A DNA stretch of 64,000 nucleotides from Vicugna vicugna (Eukaryota): assembly GCA_013265495.1 (NCBI GenBank), contig MU057880.1:1828527-1892526 (forward strand), given 5' to 3'. Below the pieces are notes generated by a model that saw only the letters and a list, made by a program, of their open reading frames with translations, searched no databases and had not been told where the DNA came from. Positions 53,861 to 64,000 of this stretch are shown piece by piece; positions within the stretch are counted from its first letter, which is position 1, and every line of letters begins with the position of its first letter. Position numbers and translations under genes: made by a program.

Positions 53861-55392
53861 CGCGCATGGGAAACGTGGTGCGGGGGCTTGTGAGCGGAAA
53901 CACAGAAGGAGCAGCATCCTTTGCTCAGAATCATCCAAGCTTCCCATTTTGTCTACCGGGAAACTGGAGTATTATGAACATGGACTCTCAGCATCATGGT
54001 GACGAAGGCACGTGTCTATGACTGAGTTACGTCTTCTGACAAGCTCTGGGGTCCTGAAGGTGCCGTTGTCGAGAATAGTTGGTACCCCTGCTGTCCAAAC
54101 AAGCTGATGACAGTACCTCTCATCAGACAGTGTCTGGAAACAGTTAAGATAATTTTCATCCGTATAAGCAGCACTAAGAAAGCCAGGCTATCGTAAGTCC
54201 CTGCCTGGTTCATGGATCTCACTGACTTCAAGACGGAGGAAAACGAATAAAATATATAAACGAAATAAAAGCAAGCCCAATTGGGATGCAAATCACTGTA
54301 GCACGTTCTAAAGTACACTTCTCACGGAGAATCATGCAATATTCTTTCGTGTTTTCTTTTTTCTTTTCTGTTTTTAATTATGTGCGTATTACATCATATG
54401 TCCCAAAGTAGGAGCCAATTCTCACTAGCAGCAGATCTGTATTACAACATTCATTCGTAGCGTTAAAATCAAAGCAGCTGCTGACAGACTGACCACCCTC
54501 TCCGCTACCACCGCAGTGCTCGATGGAGGCCCGGAGCCCGCCCTCCCCACACGTACCCAGTTGTCACCTGTTGGCAGCGGTCTGACAACCCCACTTTTTC
54601 TCCTACCATAGCTGGAGCACCACTGAAGCCCTTTGGAAAAGAGACCAGGGCGGTATAGTATGAGAAATTACAGTCTACTACATCGACCAGAAGTTGCCAT
54701 ACTAATCCTAATTCTGGAATAAACTGGCTTGGATCTCACGCCAACAAACCCAGATACGTTCGGAGAGAATCGTATACCATGTATGTGGCTTAATACCAAA
54801 GTTTATCTGCTACATTTAAACATTTTAAAAGAATGAGTCTTTATACAGAGATAATAGTATAATGAAAGAAAATAATATCAATATCAGTTGACTAGGCTGG
54901 TTCCTATAAACAGAGACCTTAAGCCCACAATTGTTTTAAAAATTAAAATACTTTTAATAGACCCATTATAATCACGCTACGCACTTTAAAAAGTTAGACA
55001 GTCGAAGGCTTTTGTTAGCCTTTTCTTGGAGGGTTTGACAGGAAATTCAGAATTTCCACATATGAACGTAACCTGACACAAGATTCACATAACTTATTTG
55101 AAAGTGCGTTTTCAACTGGAAATTATGCCTGAAAGATGGCAGTCAGACTTACTTAACATAAAACGAACTACAACACGCTTTTCTTTCAAAAATAATCATC
55201 TAAATTTAACTATGCTTTGCTTCCATTTTGTTCCCAAAGGACAATCAAGTTTTATAAAGCATAGTGTCTTTCCTCCTAAGGAGTCGGGAATCAGTAAACA
55301 GTGGGAGGGAGAGATGGGGGTGGGGAGGGAGAGGGTAGAGACCAGGTTAAGAGCAGAAACAGAGTTAGAGACAGAGATGGAAGTTACTGTCA

Positions 55393-55836
<444 letters not shown>

Positions 55837-58800
55837 TTAGCAAGTGTCCTGAGCAAGGAACCACTGATTCGCTAGATCTGATGGGCAACTCAACGGCAGA
55901 ACTTCAGATCCCTGAGTTGCTTTCACAGGTAGAACGACCAAATAGTTTACAGTAGGAAATCTTGTAACAAGCAATTTCAAGAAATGCGCAAATAATCTAC
56001 CCAAGCTCATACTACTTTATCCACTCATGACGTAAGCAGATATGAACAAGAGAATCTAAGTTCAACAGCATAACTCAGAACGATATTGACAAAGTCAAAT
56101 GTTAAAAATAAAAGAGTAGGCACCATTGAGAAACAGTTTTAAACCCTGATGAAACTCTCCTTTTAATTCAAGGAAGTTCCAAAAGCCTCAGAAAGGTCCA
56201 AAATTTCATTAAGTTTTTGTGTGTGCAAAAACATAGGTTTTAGATCTAAGACAGGACAGAAATGTGAAAAAGTTGATCCTACAAACAAAGGTATGACACA
56301 AAATATAATTCTTAATGAATAGAAATCTGATGCTTCAGGGCAGGAATGCTATGACCCTGTTCCTTTATGGCTCCTGCTTAAGAAAAAATAAATAAATAAA
56401 ATAAAAGTCCAGGAAAACAAATCAGACATGCAAAAGGTTCCCAAGACATAAATTCCTAGTTCGAAAGGGAATGAAAATAACAATATTTCTGTGACCATAA
56501 ATCCTTACATAAAACACTTTTCAAAAGCTTGACAGATTCCCAATAACTTATTTTAAACCCTAGGTAGGTAAACAGAAACATGTAGATACAGAAAGAGATA
56601 TGTACTGTATTATTTGTAAAGGTTTGGTGGGGTTCTACATATAAAAGCATTTGAGTAATATTAACAAACCAATATAAAATTTTTTTCTCATTTGTTAACA
56701 ACTCTGCCGTGTCTAGCAATTAAACTTCCTACAGTGAAGAGGTAACACTTCTAAAAATTTAAATCACGACAATGTGGCAATTTATGGCCTAAATTAATCT
56801 GGCAATTAATAATCAGAAATGCGACTTTTTGACAAATCATAGATACTACATCCAATCATTAGGCAATATTTGTAGAAGAAACTACTCAAGAAGTCAAGAA
56901 ACAGGAGTGAAGCTAAAAGTAAAGCTTTTTTAGATGAAAACATCTGTTCCTAAAATAAAAGAAAAAGGAGAATGTAAACTATGGTAAACAAAAATAATAT
57001 AATTAAGAGCCTTTACCATGGTCTCTAAGAGATGCAAAGAATTAAATACGATAGAATGGAAAACATTAAACATTTCTCACTTGTATTCTGAAAAGGACAT
57101 TAAATACTATTTAAATTTGGAACACCCCTAAGGAGGCCCAGCCACTCTCCAAATGTTCACTATTTATTCCACAGTCATGGAAGGTAAAATTATATGATAG
57201 GTACCCTGTATTCAAGAGGGCAGATCTGGTACCTGACCACTCGAGTTCCTTAAAACTAAACTGATCGCTTGTTAATTGCTTTTGACACTATATACTGCAT
57301 GTTTTTTTTGCAATGTATTTCAGAATCACTTTAATAAATCATGTCCCTGTTGTAAAATAAACAATAAAGTCATCAGTCATTCTCTTTTCCAGTGCTTACA
57401 TCAAATTTAATGAGACTAAATATGCCAATTTATTTAAGGTGTGGAAGATAAATTAAAAAGTTTACTGGACGTGTGCATCATTTAAAACAGAAGATTCCTG
57501 AGTGATTTATTATTTACTTGTAAGTGTTCTCCAAGTATCAATTAATGATTCTGAAAGAGTTTCTGAGAAGTTTTATGCAGAGAAGCAAATTCAATTTTAT
57601 TTTTTACGGTGACAGGCAAGAATGGTTTCTCTAATTAAAACAAAACTTCTATCTCTCAGTAGCTGCAGTAAAGGAGCAGATAAATGCACATATTCTACCA
57701 TTTCTTTTTAGTCACTATTAAATAATTTTAAGAATGTCATTTTTTAATCATTTGAATATTTTAAAGATATTGGGGGAAAACAGAAGCAAGCAGGACAATA
57801 GGTCAAGTTTACAACGTTCTGTTCCCACCATCTCTGTGGTTCTAGTCTTCACAAAACTGTAGGTAATGAAGTCCAGACTTAATTTCAGGCAATGACCTGC
57901 TCACTTCAATAAGTCATTCTAGGTTAAAATTTAAATGTGTCCTATTCATATTAATAATGTAGTTCCATATCATATTTTATTTGGAAAAAGATGATAAATA
58001 TCTTTTAAAATATTTAAAGAGCATCTCTAAAGGGATCTGTGTAATTCATGCATTGTATCAATAATTTTTTTAGATATTAAGCTGTTCTACTCTTTCATAA
58101 ACTAGAATTAACATCATTGCATTCTAAAAAAGAGTGATAGTTTAGTCCATTTAAAAAATCCCTAAATTTGCCACTGTTATGTAGTGATTCAATTTTTAAA
58201 TGCATATATACAATACAGTGAAAGACATATCTGAAGATTTTTAATAAAGTGAATTTTTGCCAAAAAACCCAATTGATAACGAGGAAAAATATACTTTCAA
58301 AAACTGATTTATCTTACCAGGGAATAAAAAAGTAATACACTTGGTATTGATGAGTGAGTCATGATGCAGGAATGAAATTAGAAGCGCAGGAAAAAGTCAC
58401 AGTTTAGGAAGCAGGCGTGTTGAAAATTAGCATGTCAATATGTCATGGTGGACCCTGGGATAGCACAGATGGTTAAATGTGCCTTGTGCTCCAGCCCCTA
58501 CGGGTAAATATGCCTTCTGCTCCTTACAAGCACTGGACACCAAATCGACCTTCAGAGCCGTGACACAGGAGGGTCCGTGGGTGGGAACCCAGGTCAGTAT
58601 GTTCTACTGCATGATGAAGCCTCATGCATTGCCCCTCCTCATTCAAAAGGCAGAGTACAGCGTGTGCAACCCTAGGGTAACTGCCTTACATTTCAGGACT
58701 TGGGCAACAGTATACATCTTACTAAAGATGAATCATTTCATTATTATTTATGAACCAGAATGTTCTCTGAGATTCCAATCTGGTTAGTATTCTCCTCCTT

Positions 58801-59899
58801 CATCATTAGAAACTTCTCTTTCTTTCTTTACCTTAAGTCAGATAAGCTAAATATAGAAATGAAACTATGAGTCTTATATAGTTTGTCAGAAGTCATCATA
58901 ATTATATATTATATAGAATTATTATTATATATTAAAATCATATTTCTGTGTGTATATATGCCATGCAAATGCCACTGGTGTAGTTCTAATTCAGTGCAGT
59001 TCCATAGAGAAGCCACAAAGAATTTGATGGAATGAAGATTGTTTGGATTCAGATAATTCTTAAAAATGTGCCCTGCTTTCTGGGAAGTTACTGATAATTT
59101 CTGCACACATATTTCTTTAACTCACTGGGTGGAGTATACAAAGAAGATTGCTAAAAGATACAAACTTGAGAGCTTCACATAGAGTTTTCTGAAATGAATC
59201 AGTTTTTATCCTCAAAGTGCTCAAAAGCTAACAATATAATGAAATTGTACTTTAAAAAATCACTGCCTTTGCTAGTTATTAAAATGTTCCATAGACTCAA
59301 AGGAGGATAATTGAGCCCAAATGAAAATGTGCCAGTAGATCGATAATCATTTAGGCTTTAAATGTGAAAACAGTCACATCAGAAGAAGTCTGATTTATTC
59401 CTCTGAAGAACCAGATGAGGCTATCATTCTTTTCATTCTTTTTTTTTTTAAGGCCCTCTTTCTTATTCACGTATGTAACATGAACAAAGGCGATATGTCT
59501 TCTGTGGTATATTCATTATTCATTATACTCAGGCATTCTAGAGCAGGAATTAAAATGTCATAATGAGATGAGAGGTGTCTGAGTTTATTCCATCCTGTGT
59601 GTATTACTCTTCAACATGGCACAACTTTTCGTAATGAATCAGCCATCGTTATCACCCAACTATGTATTTCGAGACACTTGGAAAATATGTTACCGTATAG
59701 CCTTTTTAATACAACAACTTAACCTTTAAAGAAAAACCAAATTTTATAAATATCATTTCCATGAGCTAAGAGCAGAAAAATAACAGGGATGGGAAGTGTG
59801 CAAATGAGGTTTTGTGGCTTTTGGAGTTAATCAGTCATGTTGCCCATTTTCCCATATACAGGTCTGTGAATCGACACACAGATGACTGTAAAATGAGAA

Positions 59900-60628
<729 letters not shown>

Positions 60629-61062
60629 TTACATCTCGGGATGGGAGAGAAGGAAAGGAAGTCGAGGAAATGGAAATATTATTTCCTTGGCAGAATCTCA
60701 GTAAAAAACAAACCGAAAAAGAGCCATTCCCCACTCCCCGCCAAATATCCCTCCTTTTTATAAATACAGAGCACACCCTTCTGCCTCGATTATAAAAGCT
60801 ATGTCTGCATCCGTGCCTTTGCGGTCTTGGAACAATGCATATGGCCCCTAGGCTTCCAGACAGTAAAAAGCCTGTCGCCAACTGCACGTTTGCTTCTGAC
60901 TTCATCCTGCATCTTCAAATGTCACAAGGAAACAAAACACTCTTCCTAGAGTAGTGTAGGAAACCAACTACCTCAGGTAGCGGGACTTTTTAGGGGGGGC
61001 AAGCATTCTGTCAACAAGAGTTCACACTGAATGACTTTATCCTTGAGAACAGTGGTACTTAC

Positions 61063-61269
61063 CCCATAGACAAGCTCTCCAACCATCCCATTCCAAATTT
61101 TCGTGTCTGCATCCCTGGCCCCATACTTGCCATCCCCGACAATCGTCAACTTGTACTTGAACCCACAGTGTTTGGCAATTTCTGCAGCCAAGTCAACACA
61201 GTATCCCTCGTAGCGTTCATTGCCTTCAAGCATTTCGTGATTCTTCTTCATCATAACATATGGAGATTC
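61063..61269 (-). CDS. GRIA2: GRIA2 exon 10 (207 bp), ligand-binding S1, ESPYVMMKK...GMVGELVYG
   Basis: Acceptor catatag|GAA, donor GGG|gtaagt. Confidence 0.97.
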
Positions 61270-62711
61270 CTATATGGAAAGACGGTGCTTCAGTTGATTA
61301 AAAAAAAAATGGCTGTGTTAATCAGCCACTCTCATCGACTCCAATCTTCTGGTTTAATTATTACCTGTTAGCCAGAGATCCTGGAGAATATAGATAGTGG
61401 ATAATATGAGTGGGAAAAAATTAATGCTTCTTAACAAAATTCTCAAATGTCAATCATTATATCTCACTAATATGCCTTGTACTCAGGCATACCAAAGTAA
61501 ACAAGAGACTAACAGCACAAAACTGTTACTCTGTCCCGCCACCATGTTTGCAATCCCGAGGGCTTAGAGAGGAGTCACGTCACTCTACATCTGGCCCATT
61601 CAACTCTGGATCCACCCACTCTCTTTTCTACAAGGCTACCCAGACCCTAGAGAACCTGCATCCACCCCAAAACCCTGAGTCACTACCAGCCTGAGGACAA
61701 AGTTCATGTGAAAATCAGGTTCAGGTGAGCAACGTGCAGACCGGAAGAGTCATTGCCGTGGTGATGCGCTGATTCCACCCTCCCAGGCTTGAGCCCTCAC
61801 CTCCTCTATGAATTATAATATCCCAGAATTACGCTACACAGAGCACTAGAGAGCAGCTTCCCCTGTAAACATCATAAAGAGGAAGTGTGGAAAAAATGAC
61901 CCAACACCAGCCCAACATTCTCTACTGAAAAGTGGCGCTAAGGATACGCGGAGGCTCAGTGAGATGGTTCCTCTCAGTGGCACGATTAAGGCCAAAATCC
62001 TCAAATGTCTAGCCTGCATCAAGATATTCCAGTGCCAACCAGCATTCTTACCCAAATCCCATATCAGACTATGTATATTTTCTTCTCAATATTGTTATGT
62101 TGACAAATTCCCCAGATTTACTACATCACAGCTTGGTAAAACAAAATAAGATTGTTTTGTCGCAACATCACATACTATCAGCGAGCCCCACTTTCCCCGT
62201 TTCATTTCACCCACAGCCTGTCACGAGGACCTGCATGACATGGAGAGACCTTCCACCTGTCCAAAGCCTCGATGGTCACGATCCAGTTCAATTTTGTCTC
62301 AGTCATCTGAAAGCCATTTTTCAAGCATCAGCTATGTGTCAACTACTATGTTGAGATTTGGAGTTAAAAAGAAGGGAGATCAGCCCTGTCTTTAAGGAGT
62401 TTAGCTTTCTGTATGAAGCAAGAGAAGGTGACAGCATTGCTAAACTATGTAACAGATGTAAGGGCAGAATGGACCCAGAATTGTGTGGGAATGAGAAGAT
62501 GAGACACCCGAGGAAATTCCAGGAAGACTTCTCCAGAGTTGCCCTAGGTCTTCCCCCGTGTGAGCACCAGGTATGAATCTATGAAGCTAAAGTCCCACCT
62601 TGAAGAGGACAGCAGATATTTTGAATGCTTTAGCTCATGTTTGTGCGTGGTCTTTTGGGCACAGTCATCATGCAGTGAATGACTAAAGCATTCAAAAGCA
62701 GCACCATATCA

Positions 62712-62945
<234 letters not shown>

Positions 62946-63592
62946 CTACGTGACTTTCAATTGGGAAAGCACTGAGTTACTGCCAAACCCACATCTGAAT
63001 CTGAAATGACACCTGCGTTACTTGGCTGCTTCTAAATAGAGATGTGTCTTGTTTGTCTCTGCGACTTTAAGAGGAGTAGAAAGGGACCAATCAAACCAAC
63101 AAACAAAACAGTTCTTAGAAACAGCTTGTCTCTTTGTGATCACTTTTCACATTCTCCAAAGGTAGTGCGTTGGGGAGTTGATCATATAGAATCACAAATA
63201 AAATCCAAACAATGGCATTTTAGCCCTAACGGAAGAAAAAAAATATGGAATTGGACTGTTACATGCACATCAGCACCACGTGCATTAAGTCTTCTGAATC
63301 ATAACCCTTCAGCAATAGTTTTTTTCTTTTCATTAAACTCTGTTTCTACCTTTGTCTTTAAAAAAGTATGACACTTCTATTCATAGTTATTTTAAAATTA
63401 ATTTCAGTGTCACGTACCAGAAATACATAGATTTTATTTAGAAAAGAAATATTTTAAAATATATGTTTCTGGAAGTTGCTGAACTCCATCTATGGGAACA
63501 TATGTCTCCAGGACTCTGGAAGAAGAGGCGATGGGTTCTCTCACCCTCCTCCTCACACAAAGAGAACTGCCTTCCCACCACTGATGATTTAC

Positions 63593-63697
63593 CTTCCGGG
63601 GCCCATTTGTTTTGAGCTCCATGATGTTAATTGTATAATTTATTCTTTTTCCATTCTGGTCAAACTTGATATTTCCTGAGAGACCTTCAACCTGCAC
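63593..63697 (-). CDS. GRIA2: GRIA2 exon 8 (105 bp), end of N-terminal domain, [35 protein letters not shown]
   Basis: Acceptor ttactag|GTG, donor AAG|gtaaat; phase 0/0. Confidence 0.96.
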
Positions 63698-64000
63698 CTA
63701 GTAAGGAAATGGGAAAAGAACACAGTTAGAAATTCACTTCAACAGCTACAAACTGGTTGACCAGATGACTCTCCTGGAGTGCAAGTCAAGAAAAAGACAC
63801 TTAGCAGGTTTCTTCTCAATCTTCCAAGGGACTTTTGTATAGTTAGGAAATAATTTTCCCTTTGCTCAAAACATAAGAGATAAAAACGAGAATGACTAAT
63901 TCAGCAGGGAAAAACAGTGGCCATTGTTGAGTTTATTTACAATCATGCTAAGTGACTGACCTGCTTGAGGGCCCGTTCTATCTCCACACCTTGTCCCCAG

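Noticed and set aside
63269..63285. RE1-like TCAGCACCACG in intron 8
   Set aside because: Left half-site only; no GGACAG partner nearby

Overview
Mammalian (eukaryotic) genomic DNA, probably from a camelid, judging by five Vic-1-like tRNA-derived SINEs and the L1 3' ends. The minus strand of ~31.5-64 kb holds the 3' half of GRIA2 (AMPA receptor subunit GluA2): exons 8-13, the mutually exclusive flop and flip exons, the M4/short-C-tail exon, and the terminal exon carrying the long (GluA2L) C-tail and a ~2.7 kb 3'UTR. All splice sites are GT-AG and the reading frame is continuous. The genomic Q/R codon (CAG) with its intronic editing-complementary sequence and the R/G editing hairpin are both visible. 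Bases 1-31.5 kb are downstream intergenic DNA containing L1, L2, MaLR, three solo ERV1-type LTRs, a Tigger/MER47 element and SINEs. I found no evidence of a wholly new biological system. The notable signal is a local cluster of changes at the GRIA2 3' end in an otherwise invariant protein. These are an Asn-to-Ser change that turns the NSF-binding motif into [10 protein letters not shown], a stop-loss plus several substitutions in the GluA2L tail, a GCUGA R/G pentaloop, and a CpG-rich patch suggestive of GC-biased gene conversion. All comparisons with human or rodent sequence are from recall and need alignment to confirm.
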